Virus record (IMG/VR): IMGVR_UViG_3300031566_000001
Coordinates: 1-64,000 of that record
DNA: 64,000 nt
From: a virus
Reading direction: 5' to 3' (one strand)
A program made the translations under genes and the position numbers. The notes below the pieces were generated by a model. It was not told the DNA's origin, ran no database searches, and worked only from the letters and a program-made list of their open reading frames with translations. The first letter of the stretch is position 1. The number at the start of each line of letters is the position of its first letter. Positions 28,518 through 38,093 of the stretch are shown here, in pieces.

Positions 28518-29197
28518 GCGCTACCGTAGAGCAACTGATAGCCGGGGTGACCACGTTGGAGCAGGGCATCAGGGCGCTTGAGGTCCGGGAACGTCCCTTG
28601 GCCTTGCGTGGCTGGCGCGATGACTTTTTGGGTGATGCCTTCCACGAGCAATATGACCTGCGCACCGTTGGTGCTGCAAGCTCTATACTACTCCAGAACA
28701 ACGCCCACGGCGGTGTGGTCAGGCTCCAGACCGATGCCAATATAGCCGACTACGCCCGCATCATGCTTGGGGACCAGGCCTATGCCTTCAACACCCTGGA
28801 TGCAGACGAAGGCTGGTGCATGATAGGGCGCTACAAACTATCGCACACCACGAACATCCTGGTTGATATGTTCGTGACGGATGCCTTGTTGAACCGCATC
28901 CACGTCACCGCCGATACCACTGTCGGGGCCAACTGGTATCTGCGCACGTACGACAATATTGGCCTGGAAAACTGGGCCGACAGTGGCGTGGCTATTGACA
29001 CTGACTGGCACGTTCACCGCCTGGAGGTTACGTCGGGCCGTGCGGAGCACTTCATGGATGGGGCGCTCATCAACTACACGACTGTCAAGATCCCAACGGT
29101 GGTCGAGACGGGCAACGTCCGCTGCTTAGCCAGGGCGGCGGCGGTACGCTACATGGACCTGGATTATTGGGATGTGATACCGAGAAACCTGCAATGA
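28514..29197 (+). CDS. putative receptor-binding/tail tip protein, paralog 1
   Basis: Coiled-coil N-terminus, ERPLALRGWRDDFLG, beta-sandwich body, ends VIPRNL. Confidence 0.6.
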   Translation: MSATVEQLIAGVTTLEQGIRALEVRERPLALRGWRDDFLGDAFHEQYDLRTVGAASSILLQNNAHGGVVRLQTDANIADYARIMLGDQAYAFNTLDADEGWCMIGRYKLSHTTNILVDMFVTDALLNRIHVTADTTVGANWYLRTYDNIGLENWADSGVAIDTDWHVHRLEVTSGRAEHFMDGALINYTTVKIPTVVETGNVRCLARAAAVRYMDLDYWDVIPRNLQ

Positions 29198-29895
29198 GCA
29201 ACACGACTGAGCAGTTGATAGCGCGTCTCAGTGCGGCACAGAAGAAGCTGAACGCCCTGGAGGCCCAGGAGCGGCCTTTGGCCTTGCGCGGTTGGCGTGA
29301 TGACTTTCTTGGGAAAAGTATTCACGAGCAGTACACCGCCGTGTCCGCCGGCGTAGGCAGTGGCGGTGCCTTGCTGAATAACTTCCATGGCGGGATGTAC
29401 GTGCTGACCGCAGGCGCTGGGGCAGGACGCTTTCACTACTTGTGGCTGGGCGATGCTGCTGATGGCTTTGCCACACTGGACGCGGATCTTGGTTGGGAGA
29501 TGATTGCGCGAATGAATATCAGTCACCTGACGAATATTGCGGGTGACTTCGGTGCAATTGATTCTGCGTCCAATAATGTCATTTTGGCTGGTATGAATAC
29601 GACTGCAGTAGCGAACAATTGGTTGCTACAGACCAGAACGGGTGGGGGTGTAGTCAATAGCGTGGACAGCGGGGTCGCTGCGGACACGGATCCCCACGTA
29701 CACAGGATAATGGCCTACCCTATTACTGGCGGGCTCAGGCAAGTAGACTACTTCCTGGATGGAACACGGATAGCCACTACCACGGTCTCCGTGCCTATAG
29801 CTGTATTGACGCCGTTAGCGCGTGCCTACGCGGCTGCTGCTGCCGCGCGTGCGTTGGGGTTGGACTTTTGGGCTGTGATACCAAGGAACCTATGA
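29194..29895 (+). CDS. putative receptor-binding/tail tip protein, paralog 2
   Basis: Same ERPLALRGWRDDFLG and VIPRNL motifs; ATGA-coupled. Confidence 0.6.
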   Translation: MSNTTEQLIARLSAAQKKLNALEAQERPLALRGWRDDFLGKSIHEQYTAVSAGVGSGGALLNNFHGGMYVLTAGAGAGRFHYLWLGDAADGFATLDADLGWEMIARMNISHLTNIAGDFGAIDSASNNVILAGMNTTAVANNWLLQTRTGGGVVNSVDSGVAADTDPHVHRIMAYPITGGLRQVDYFLDGTRIATTTVSVPIAVLTPLARAYAAAAAARALGLDFWAVIPRNL

Positions 29896-29925
29896 TGAGC
29901 GCTCTCGAAATGGAGGAGGTGCGTT

Positions 29926-30390
29926 TTGAATGGTGAAGGCGTCAGGAAAAAGAAGGAACTATTTGACGAAGAGCAATCAGTCAGTGATGTCTCCAATGAG
30001 GACCTGCGCTGGATGATGCTGTTCTGGCGCAAGGATTTCCAGACCGGCATCACGTCTGTTAGGGAATCCGTTGGCAGGATGGAGGCCAGCCATCAAACTG
30101 TGTCTGAGCAGGTGCAGGGGAATACCTTGGCGGTGGGTCGCATCCAGCAGGCCCACGATGATTGCCCCTTGTCTGGTCAAGAGGGACGGGACAATTTCAT
30201 GACCAATATCACAGCGACTTGCCTGGATGCAGTCAAGAAAGGCGTAGAGAAGGCTAATGGTGCCAAGAATATCTTTGGCGGCCTGAACAGGACAGAAATC
30301 ATCAATGTCCTGGTGGGGGCGATCGTTATTCTGGTAGTCGCTATTGTATACCTGGCAACCAACGGGAAGATACAGATTCCAATACCGTAG
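29926..30390 (+). CDS. membrane protein with C-terminal TM helix (lysis module)
   Basis: IINVLVGAIVILVVAIVYLA. Confidence 0.5.
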   Translation: MNGEGVRKKKELFDEEQSVSDVSNEDLRWMMLFWRKDFQTGITSVRESVGRMEASHQTVSEQVQGNTLAVGRIQQAHDDCPLSGQEGRDNFMTNITATCLDAVKKGVEKANGAKNIFGGLNRTEIINVLVGAIVILVVAIVYLATNGKIQIPIP

Positions 30391-30408
30391 CGGTTAAGGA
30401 GGTGCATC

Positions 30409-32124
30409 ATGACTGTCCCATGGTCCGTACCGGTGGGTGACACCGGGATCGGTTTTCACGCCAACCCTGATGCCTACGAGAAGCCTCCAAACTTCCGGGA
30501 GTTCGCGCGGGACGTCAAGGCCCACGGTGGCACTTGGTGGCTGGCATGGCTTTTCGACGAGAACAAAGCGGATTTCATACGTGTGATGCGCGAGGAGGGC
30601 ATCGAGGTCATAGCCCGGTTCGGCCCGGCGCAGATGCCCCGGCCTGGAATACAGACCGCGCACATCGATGCCTACGTTGCGGCGGGTGTTCGCTGGTTCG
30701 TGCTCATGAACGAGCTAAACCTGCGCGAGGAGTGGACTGAGGAGTGGAGCAAGTTCGAGAAGCCCGTGCGTATGTGCGCAGACCAGTTCATCCGCTATGC
30801 CGACATCATCCGGGGCAAGGGTGATGACCTGTGGGTGCTGACCCCGCCGCCTTCGTTGGGCGGGCACATGAATCACAGGGAGTGGTTTACCCGGTTCATG
30901 TACGCGCTCCAGAACATCGCAGCGGAGCGCGGGCAGACCATGGAGCAGCTTCTATGGCACTGCGGTATTGGGCTGCATTGCCGGTCTGTGGGCAACCCCC
31001 TAGAGGCAGGGCCTGACTGGTACGATTGTTCTGCAAGGGAATGGGAGTGGTTTGACGCCACGGTCAAGGCGTTCGTGGGCCACAGCCTGCCTATGGCCAA
31101 TACTGAGGCCTATGACGAAGTGCAGTGGTGCCTCCCAAAGCTGGGCAGCAACTACAACTGGGGTCTGTGGGATAGCCGGAACCTGGCGCAGATGCGGTGG
31201 TTCAACCCCGACAATCCGGGGTACCGATACCCGAACAACGTCATCTGCAATACGTTCTGGGTGCACAGCGCTCACAGGCTGAGTCCGTGGCCGCAGTGCG
31301 GCCTCGTGGGCAACTACATCCACTACCTGCAAAGGGGCGACTACACAACGGGCCTCTGGAACGCCTTGCCGGAGGCTATTAACTGGAAGAGGAGGGACGA
31401 CGTGACACCAGGACCGACGCCGGAGCCACCGGAGATCAAACTGAGGGTCTATGACGCGGAAGGGACCAAGCAGAGCCTAGAGTGGGCGCAGGGCAAGTAC
31501 GGGGTGAAACTGGAGCAGTGCAAGGGCCAGGGCTGGCACGTGGCTCAGATGTGGGAGCGCGTGAACGCAGCCGCGGGTATGGAGATGTTCTTCTACGATG
31601 ACAACGGCGCAGTGCAGGGGGTGCCCGTAGAGTTCCACTGGCCGGGCGGGTGCGACTGTGACAAGCGCACGGAGGTCGATGGCAAGGTGGGGTTTGCCTA
31701 CAATGCGTGGGTTTGGGATCCCGCGATTGGAGGCCCATACTGGATCGAGATACCCGTTGATGAGCCGAGCGATAAGCTGGGCGGTCTGGGTATGAAGGCC
31801 ATGACCTTTCACGATCACCTGGACTTTGTATGGAAGTTCGGGGTGCTGGAAGGCACAGAGCCGGAGGACCCCCTGGAGGTCATCTTGCCCTTGGCTGAGG
31901 AGAAGCTGGGGGCCATGCCTGTGCCGGGGGACTGGGCCTATCCCTCGAAGGCCAGGGAGCAAGGGTTTGGGTACCAAGTGGGGGGCTACGCGCAGGTGGA
32001 GATCGGCGGGGTGCTATGGGCGTACCAGACCTTCACCAACGATGACCAGAGCGCCTACGGCGTGGCGTATTCGCCTGAGGGTGAGTACGACAAGACAGAG
32101 TGGGCCATCATCGAGCGGAACTGA
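30409..32124 (+). CDS. putative clan GH-A-like glycoside hydrolase with C-terminal domains
   Basis: TIM-barrel-like pattern with LMNELNL (acid/base) and ANTE (nucleophile); PGPTPEPP linker; adjacent to amidase and holin. Confidence 0.55.
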   Translation: MTVPWSVPVGDTGIGFHANPDAYEKPPNFREFARDVKAHGGTWWLAWLFDENKADFIRVMREEGIEVIARFGPAQMPRPGIQTAHIDAYVAAGVRWFVLMNELNLREEWTEEWSKFEKPVRMCADQFIRYADIIRGKGDDLWVLTPPPSLGGHMNHREWFTRFMYALQNIAAERGQTMEQLLWHCGIGLHCRSVGNPLEAGPDWYDCSAREWEWFDATVKAFVGHSLPMANTEAYDEVQWCLPKLGSNYNWGLWDSRNLAQMRWFNPDNPGYRYPNNVICNTFWVHSAHRLSPWPQCGLVGNYIHYLQRGDYTTGLWNALPEAINWKRRDDVTPGPTPEPPEIKLRVYDAEGTKQSLEWAQGKYGVKLEQCKGQGWHVAQMWERVNAAAGMEMFFYDDNGAVQGVPVEFHWPGGCDCDKRTEVDGKVGFAYNAWVWDPAIGGPYWIEIPVDEPSDKLGGLGMKAMTFHDHLDFVWKFGVLEGTEPEDPLEVILPLAEEKLGAMPVPGDWAYPSKAREQGFGYQVGGYAQVEIGGVLWAYQTFTNDDQSAYGVAYSPEGEYDKTEWAIIERN

Positions 32125-32230
32125 GTTGAAATCAGCGGCCCCCTATGTATACTTCTTAGTTCTAAGAGTATTAACTAACTAAAGGTGTATAGTATATGAC
32201 GGACTTTTCGCGCGGACGACATGTCGTGAT

Positions 32231-32265
32231 TCTTTTGCTCCCAAAACATCGTGCCGGGGTATAAT
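32231..32265 (+). promoter_or_regulatory. palindrome-overlapped 19-nt-spacer promoter
   Basis: TCTTTTGCTCCCAAAA; TTGCTC(32235)-19 nt-TATAAT(32260). Confidence 0.65.
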
Positions 32266-32280
32266 GAGGTAAACAGGTGT

Positions 32281-32484
32281 ATGGATATGGCTCGTTACTT
32301 CATGGCAGGGGGTAAACTCGTTATAGCAGTAGCGCGTGACGACAATGACGCGCAGGTCCTTGAGCGTGAGGGCTACGTTGAATGCACGCAAGAGGAGTAT
32401 GAGCGGCTGCTGGCGGTGCTCCAGGCTAATGAGAAGGGCACCGTTGAGATAGTGGGTGAGATACGCGACATCCACGGGGATTGA
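32281..32484 (+). CDS. hypothetical protein
   Basis: Short ORF after the promoter. Confidence 0.45.
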   Translation: MDMARYFMAGGKLVIAVARDDNDAQVLEREGYVECTQEEYERLLAVLQANEKGTVEIVGEIRDIHGD

Positions 32485-32487
32485 CCT

Positions 32488-33033
32488 ATGGGCGCTCTGA
32501 CGGACATCTTGATAGCGGGCGGTGTGCACCTGAAGGACAAGCGGGCTACGCTCCCGGTGAACCCGAAGCAGAAGTGGCCCTATCGGGAGCTTCCGGATGT
32601 CAAGGGAGGCATTATTCATCATACCGTCGGCAAGTCCTGGTACACATCGAAGGCTATCGCCCTGATGCACATTGGTCTTGGCTGGCCGGGCATGGCCTAT
32701 ACGTTCTACATTCACGAGGAAGGCCCGCAGTACGGCTCACCTATCGTGACGGACTTCGACCACCGGTTGTGTGATTGGGGTCCGCAGGCAGGCGCAGGGC
32801 CGCATTCCGTCAATGCGGAGACCTTCGGGGTGGCGCTGGGAGGAAACTTCGTGCGGGTTGCGCCTGCGCCGGAGATGATCGTGGAGCTGGTTCATCTGAT
32901 GTGCGGGTTGCAGATATTCTTCGTTCAGGAGGTCGGACATTCATTGTACGTCAAGCCGCACTTCCAGGTGGGCAAGACGCAGTGTCCAGGGTTGGCCTGG
33001 GCATCATACCTCGCGGCCATAGGCTGCGTGTAG
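32488..33033 (+). CDS. N-acetylmuramoyl-L-alanine amidase (Amidase_2 endolysin)
   Basis: IIHHT, YTFYI, ALGGNF, PH...TQCPG zinc-amidase motifs. Confidence 0.85.
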   Translation: MGALTDILIAGGVHLKDKRATLPVNPKQKWPYRELPDVKGGIIHHTVGKSWYTSKAIALMHIGLGWPGMAYTFYIHEEGPQYGSPIVTDFDHRLCDWGPQAGAGPHSVNAETFGVALGGNFVRVAPAPEMIVELVHLMCGLQIFFVQEVGHSLYVKPHFQVGKTQCPGLAWASYLAAIGCV

Positions 33034-33043
33034 GGAGGAAGAC

Positions 33044-33409
33044 ATGATAGAGTTTGCGGGGCTGCTCAGGAACCCAGTAGTGCTAGGTGCTGTCGCGATG
33101 GCACTGGTGTGGCTCCTGCGCAAGTTGCAGTGGTCTGACGGCGTGTATCTTGTAGCGATAAACGGCCCGAAGGCTATCTGGCTAACCTATATTGTGGCCC
33201 TGTGTATCGCTGTCGGGGAGAAGCTACTCCTGGAGGGCTTCCCCGTCGTGGTCACCTGCGGATTGGTGCCCACTGAGCCGCCCGCTTTCGTGGTCTGCGT
33301 GTTCCAGATCATTGAGAACGTCTTGGCCTGGTCTGGTGTTGTGTTTGCGGCGGCGACGGTGATATACAAGATTCTGCGCAGCAAGATGCTGCTCGGTGAG
33401 CGCATCTGA
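33044..33409 (+). CDS. putative holin
   Basis: About 3 TM segments, directly after the endolysin. Confidence 0.6.
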   Translation: MIEFAGLLRNPVVLGAVAMALVWLLRKLQWSDGVYLVAINGPKAIWLTYIVALCIAVGEKLLLEGFPVVVTCGLVPTEPPAFVVCVFQIIENVLAWSGVVFAAATVIYKILRSKMLLGERI

Positions 33410-33443
33410 CCTTGATGTGTGTTGGGGCGGGGTCGGCATCGGT

Positions 33444-33506
33444 CTTTTGCGCAAAAGGATGAGTCCCACGTTCTTTTGCTAGCAAAGGTTTGAGTCCGGC
33501 TATACT
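33444..33506 (+). promoter_or_regulatory. paired palindrome with 19-nt-spacer promoter, upstream of the glycan cluster
   Basis: CTTTTGCGCAAAAG 33444-33457; TTGCTA(33476)-19 nt-TATACT(33501). Confidence 0.65.
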
Positions 33507-33566
33507 GAGGGCGGTGGTATATGCTGGCACGGCCCCGCTCCCCTTAGAGCTTTCCCGGAGGATGCG

Positions 33567-34601
33567 ATGTCTTACTGGAAGAATCGCCGTGTAATCGTGA
33601 CTGGCGGCGCTGGATTTCTCGGTTCCCACTTGGTTGATGCCCTGCGCCTTCTGGATTGCAAGCCGTTTGTGCCCCGTTCGGAGCAGTACGATCTGACGAC
33701 GGTTGATGGCGTGTGTGCTATGTTTGGGGATGCGATGACGCTGTGGGGCGAGCAAGGCTGTGAGACGCTGTTTCACCTGGCTGCGACCTGTGGGGGCATC
33801 GGCCTCAATCGCAAGCAGCCCGCTACGATGTGGCGGGATAATCTGCTGATGGGTTCAAACCTGCTGGATGCGGCCCACTTCTTCGATGTGAGTAAGTTCG
33901 TGGGTGTGGGTACGGTGTGCTCGTACCCGAAGCACTGCCCGACGCCGTTCTCGGAGCGGTCCTTTTGGGACGGTTACCCTGAGGAGACCAACGCACCCTA
34001 CGGCCTGGCCAAGAAGATGCTGCTGGTGGGCTTGCAGGCTTATGGGGCGCAGTTCGGCTTGCCGTGGGTGTACGTGGTGCCCACGAACCTCTATGGGCCG
34101 CGGGACCACTTCGACCCTGAAAGCTCCCACGTCATCCCGGCGATGATCCGCAAGTTCCTGGAGGCTAAGAGGGCGGGCGATCATGTGGTGTCGTTATGGG
34201 GTACGGGCAAACCGACGCGCGACTTCCTGTACGTGGGGGATTGTGTGAGGGCGCTCCTGTCAGCGGGGGAGCTGCTGGTGTCCGGTCCCTACAACGTGGG
34301 CTCAGGCCGTGAGGTCAGTATTGTGGACCTGGCTCATGTGGTGGCTAAGGCCGTGAACTACCAGGGCGATGTCAGCTTTGACGCCTCTATGCCCGATGGC
34401 CAGCCCAGGCGCGTGTTGGATAGTTCCAAGTTTGCGAAACTTACGGGGTGGCAGCCGGAGGTATCTCTGGAGGAGGGCCTGGACCGTATAGTGAAGTGGT
34501 ATGACATGGTCCAGCGCCTTGAGGATGACGAACGGGATATGACCACCAGTTGTATTGCCAAGGGGCAGCGCGCCCCTGCGGGCGCATCACCCTCGGTGTA
34601 A
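33567..34601 (+). CDS. fcl: GDP-L-fucose synthase (NAD-dependent epimerase/reductase)
   Basis: TGGAGFLG, HLAATCGGIG, CSYPK, YGLAK, NLYGP, SHVIPAMIRKF, WGTGKPTRDF, PDGQPRR. Confidence 0.9.
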   Translation: MSYWKNRRVIVTGGAGFLGSHLVDALRLLDCKPFVPRSEQYDLTTVDGVCAMFGDAMTLWGEQGCETLFHLAATCGGIGLNRKQPATMWRDNLLMGSNLLDAAHFFDVSKFVGVGTVCSYPKHCPTPFSERSFWDGYPEETNAPYGLAKKMLLVGLQAYGAQFGLPWVYVVPTNLYGPRDHFDPESSHVIPAMIRKFLEAKRAGDHVVSLWGTGKPTRDFLYVGDCVRALLSAGELLVSGPYNVGSGREVSIVDLAHVVAKAVNYQGDVSFDASMPDGQPRRVLDSSKFAKLTGWQPEVSLEEGLDRIVKWYDMVQRLEDDERDMTTSCIAKGQRAPAGASPSV

Positions 34602-34626
34602 GCAAAAACATAGAAGGAGACAAGGC

Positions 34627-35295
34627 ATGAATGAGATTGCCGTATTTCAGATGGGGAAGTGTGGCTCGTCTACGGTCATCGAGTTGGCGCGGAAGTTGGG
34701 TATACACGCCTCGCGGGCGTACCATCCGATGAACCCGGTGCAGGCGCAGTACCCCAATGTCATCAGCATGGTCCGGGAGCCGGTGATCCGGAACGTCTCG
34801 GCATTCTTTTACGAAATGGCGGGCACCCTAGCGGTGACCGGCGAGGGGTACAGCCAGGTACTCCTTGACGAGTTCCTGATGTCCTGGGACAAGCACGACG
34901 TGCCGTTGACGTGGTTCTCTGAGCTGTTTCAGCCGGAGACCGGTATCAACGTCTATGCGGAGAAGTTTAACCGCAAGCGGGGCTGGTCCATCTACGAGAG
35001 CGGCGGTAGGCGCGTCCTGGTCATCAGGGCTGAGGCCCTGACGGGTAGCCTAGTGGCGGCCTTCGAGGCCTTGCTGGAGATGGACCTGGGAGTTAAGGAC
35101 GGCTTCGAGGTTGAGCACCGGGCCAGTGATGCCGAGCGGCCACACGGCGTGGGCGACCTGTACAAGGCGTTTGTGCAGCAGGCCGTGATGCCTGAGGCGT
35201 ATCTGGACCGCATGTATGGGAGCCGATACGCCAAACACTTCTACTATGCGAAGGAGCTTGATGCCTTCCGTGGATTCTGGAGTGCACCAAGATGA
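34627..35295 (+). CDS. sulfotransferase-like capsular polysaccharide synthesis protein
   Basis: FQMGKCGSST 5'-PSB-like loop; VREPVIRNVSAFF 3'-PB motif. Confidence 0.7.
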   Translation: MNEIAVFQMGKCGSSTVIELARKLGIHASRAYHPMNPVQAQYPNVISMVREPVIRNVSAFFYEMAGTLAVTGEGYSQVLLDEFLMSWDKHDVPLTWFSELFQPETGINVYAEKFNRKRGWSIYESGGRRVLVIRAEALTGSLVAAFEALLEMDLGVKDGFEVEHRASDAERPHGVGDLYKAFVQQAVMPEAYLDRMYGSRYAKHFYYAKELDAFRGFWSAPR

Positions 35296-36011
35296 GGGTG
35301 TTCGTGACTACCAATGACCGGCACCTGTGGATTCTGCCGGCCTTTGCGCACCTGTTCAATCGCTACTGGAGCGAGCTGCAGCCTGTGGTGGTGGCGGGGT
35401 ACTCACAGCCGAACTTCGAGCTGCCCCCCAACTTCACATTCCACCAGATTGCCCCGCAGAACTACCCCGTGGAGAGGTGGTCTGATGGCGTGATTGAGTT
35501 CCTGCGGTCCATGGATGATGAGCTGTTCATCTGGATGCTGGAGGATATGTTGCTTCTGCGTACCGTGGACGTGCGGGCCATAGGGACCCTGGCGGAGTAC
35601 ATGATGATACACCACGAGGTCATCAGGATGGACCTCACCACGGATCGGCTCTATGCGGGGGCCTCACCGGGCCAGAGGCCCGATTATGAGTACTACGGGA
35701 GCATGGACCTGGTATGGTCTGAGCCGCACAGCCCGTATCACCTGAGCCTCCAGGCGGCGATTTGGAGGCGTGACTACTTATTGCACTACATGATTCCCGG
35801 TGAGACGCCCTGGAACCTGGAGATGGCGGGCACGGACCGGCTTTCGAGCACCCCGGAGGTGGTGGTCCTGGGCACGAGGCAGTTCCCTGTGCGGTACACG
35901 CTGGCACTAAAGAGCGACAAGCCTACGGAGCCGAGCATCACCGGGATGAGGGACGAGGACTATCGGGAACTGGTGGAGCGCGGCTGGTTGCCGGAGGGGT
36001 GTTTGACATGA
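35292..36011 (+). CDS. putative GT-A glycosyltransferase
   Basis: WMLEDMLL acidic motif, SLQAAIWRR, TPWNLE. Confidence 0.55.
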   Translation: MRVFVTTNDRHLWILPAFAHLFNRYWSELQPVVVAGYSQPNFELPPNFTFHQIAPQNYPVERWSDGVIEFLRSMDDELFIWMLEDMLLLRTVDVRAIGTLAEYMMIHHEVIRMDLTTDRLYAGASPGQRPDYEYYGSMDLVWSEPHSPYHLSLQAAIWRRDYLLHYMIPGETPWNLEMAGTDRLSSTPEVVVLGTRQFPVRYTLALKSDKPTEPSITGMRDEDYRELVERGWLPEGCLT

Positions 36012-36148
36012 AGGGCTGCGGCCAGAAGATAGGGCCATACGATTGCTGCACCATCGTTACAAGTGATGCCAAGGAGGTCGCTGCGGAGATTGAGAGTTTG
36101 GGATTGGTCTACTGTCAAGTACCGAGTGCCTTTGTAGGCGAAATCTGA
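36008..36148 (+). pseudogene. truncated remnant of a DNA methyltransferase N-terminus
   Basis: MKGCGQKIGPYDCCTIVTSDAKE matches GCGRFIGPYPCCTIITGDAKE at the start of 49027-49770. Confidence 0.65.
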
Positions 36149-36174
36149 GGCGAAATCTGAATGGAGGTTAGGAA

Positions 36175-36465
36175 ATGTCAGACGAAGTAAGAAAAGCGAC
36201 AGTGAAAGAGCAAGCGCGAGATGCGTTGCGCATCGGTACCGTCTTTGAGTTGGAATGCGCACTGAGGCGGGCGCTGGTAGAGCTACCGGGCGAAGGCAAG
36301 GTGAGCAACCAGGGACCCTGTTGCGTTGTTGGTTGCGAGAAGGAAGCCGAATGGATGATCGAGATACATCCTTACAAGCAAGACGATTTTACGACGGCCT
36401 GCACAGGACATGTGGGCGAATTACTGACTGATGCGCCGGAACATATCGTCCATAGGCCCGAGTAG
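36175..36465 (+). CDS. hypothetical protein with Cys/His Zn-binding motif
   Basis: CCVVGC...CTGH; SD GGAGG. Confidence 0.5.
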   Translation: MSDEVRKATVKEQARDALRIGTVFELECALRRALVELPGEGKVSNQGPCCVVGCEKEAEWMIEIHPYKQDDFTTACTGHVGELLTDAPEHIVHRPE

Positions 36466-36611
36466 TAGGGGGATTCAAAACCCCTAGTTCCTACTAAAAG
36501 GCACTCGGCAGAGGCCTGAACCATGTGCGGTGTCATAGATATCCTGATGTGTGAGCACAGGAGGTATTGGCAAAAGCGCCTGGGCCGCTGGCTGCCGGAG
36601 GGGTGTTTGAC

Positions 36612-36905
36612 GTGATGCGCAGGCTAGCCAGTTCAATGAGGGCTTGGTATGAGTATCATCATCCCCGTACCTTTGAGGATGTTGCTCCAGTCAATTGTTT
36701 TAATAGGCCGTACCTGAGCTATACCTGGGATGGTGATGTGATGTTTTGGCGGAGGCATACCTATATGGTAGAGTGGAGGCTTTGGTACGCTAATTGCATG
36801 AAGGGGCCGGTGCCCCTTTTTGAGAATAGGCGTTACTGGCAGGAGCGGCTAGGGCGGTGGCTAGCAGTTCCGTGGGCTAATAAGAGGAGAATAAGTAATG
36901 ACTGA
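36612..36905 (+). CDS. hypothetical protein (moron)
   Basis: Trp/Tyr-rich; begins in a direct repeat. Confidence 0.4.
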   Translation: MMRRLASSMRAWYEYHHPRTFEDVAPVNCFNRPYLSYTWDGDVMFWRRHTYMVEWRLWYANCMKGPVPLFENRRYWQERLGRWLAVPWANKRRISND

Positions 36906-37167
36906 TGAAATGAGTCCCCCCGTTGAAGTTCGGTTGCGTGATTTAGAAAGTCAGAAGCTGGGTGAGGCTTTAATTCTCTGGAAGGAAAGTGGATATCCTG
37001 AGAGTGGGCATACCATTAATATATTGCGTCAATGCGTTATCAACTATACGGCGGCACAAAAGCTTGTAGAGACTAAGGTTCAATCAATGAAAATAAGTGC
37101 TGAGCTAGAAGCGATACTTGCGCGCCAACGGGCCCATGATAAGCTGGGAGTAAGGCTAGGACTGTGA
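36898..37167 (+). CDS. hypothetical protein (AT-rich moron)
   Basis: SD GAGGAG; coupled to neighbours. Confidence 0.45.
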   Translation: MTDEMSPPVEVRLRDLESQKLGEALILWKESGYPESGHTINILRQCVINYTAAQKLVETKVQSMKISAELEAILARQRAHDKLGVRLGL

Positions 37168-38066
37168 TAACCGTCCCCCTCCGCGATGGCACCTTTCAGG
37201 GCGAGTCAATGTCCCTAAGCAGTGAGAACGCTGACGAGGCCCCGAAGTCCTTGCGCTGGCGCCACGTGCCGGATATTCCGGATGACGTGCCTGTGATGGT
37301 GTTCACGGATATGTGCCTGGATGAGGTTCTGCTGAGCCGGGCACCCACGAACATCGCCATCCTCATCGAGCCACCCGCACTCACTGCCACGCACTATGAG
37401 CAGGCCGTGATGCTGGAGGACCGTTTTGATGCCATATTCACCTACAGTCTGGAGCACCTACGGCGCGGGGGTCCGTGGCGGTTCTATCCCTATGGCGGTT
37501 CGAGGATCCGCGAGTGGGGCGTGTTTGACAAGAGCGCGGACGTGAGCATCATCGTATCGGTCAAGGCGGTCACGGAGGGCCACCGGCTGAGGCATGAGAT
37601 CGTCAAGCAGTTCGGTGAGTGCCTGTCTGTGTTTGGGGAGCCCTATACCGAGTACCTGGACCCTAAGCCGCCGGGGCTGAGGCCCTTCCGCTATTCCGTC
37701 GTCATCGAGTCCGGGCGTTCTGACTACTATTTCACGGAGAAGCTGATTGACTGCTTCTCGCAGGGCACGGTGCCGATCTATTGGGGGTGCCCTGGCATTG
37801 ATGGATTCTTCGACGAAGATGGAATTATCAGCTTTGAGACCCCGGACGACCTGGCATACATCCTGGCGTCCATCTCGGAGCAGGACTATTACGACCGTTT
37901 GCCTGCGATTTGCAGGAACCTGGAGCTGGCGCGCGGGTTCCGGTGTGCTGAGGACCATCTGGCGGCGGAGTACGGCTGGCTCTTCGAGGATAGTGAGGAG
38001 GCGGCCATGATGCGTGCACAGCGCAAAGAGCAATGGGGGGCTTTGTGTGAGAACCAACCTCACTGA
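37164..38066 (+). CDS. GT10 alpha-1,3/4-fucosyltransferase
   Basis: FRYSVVIES...YFTEKLIDCF..GTVPIYWG GT10 motif. Confidence 0.85.
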   Translation: MITVPLRDGTFQGESMSLSSENADEAPKSLRWRHVPDIPDDVPVMVFTDMCLDEVLLSRAPTNIAILIEPPALTATHYEQAVMLEDRFDAIFTYSLEHLRRGGPWRFYPYGGSRIREWGVFDKSADVSIIVSVKAVTEGHRLRHEIVKQFGECLSVFGEPYTEYLDPKPPGLRPFRYSVVIESGRSDYYFTEKLIDCFSQGTVPIYWGCPGIDGFFDEDGIISFETPDDLAYILASISEQDYYDRLPAICRNLELARGFRCAEDHLAAEYGWLFEDSEEAAMMRAQRKEQWGALCENQPH

Positions 38067-38093
38067 CAAACGACTATTCTTGGAGGTATTCAC

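Noticed and set aside
28514-29895. Diversity-generating retroelement TR/VR pair
   Set aside because: Differences are not adenine-specific, both copies are full genes, and no reverse transcriptase is present.
36455-36517. tRNA-like element around GGATTCAAAACCCC
   Set aside because: Nested stems are present, but no cloverleaf, D-arm or anticodon arm. No tRNA genes were recognised in the window.
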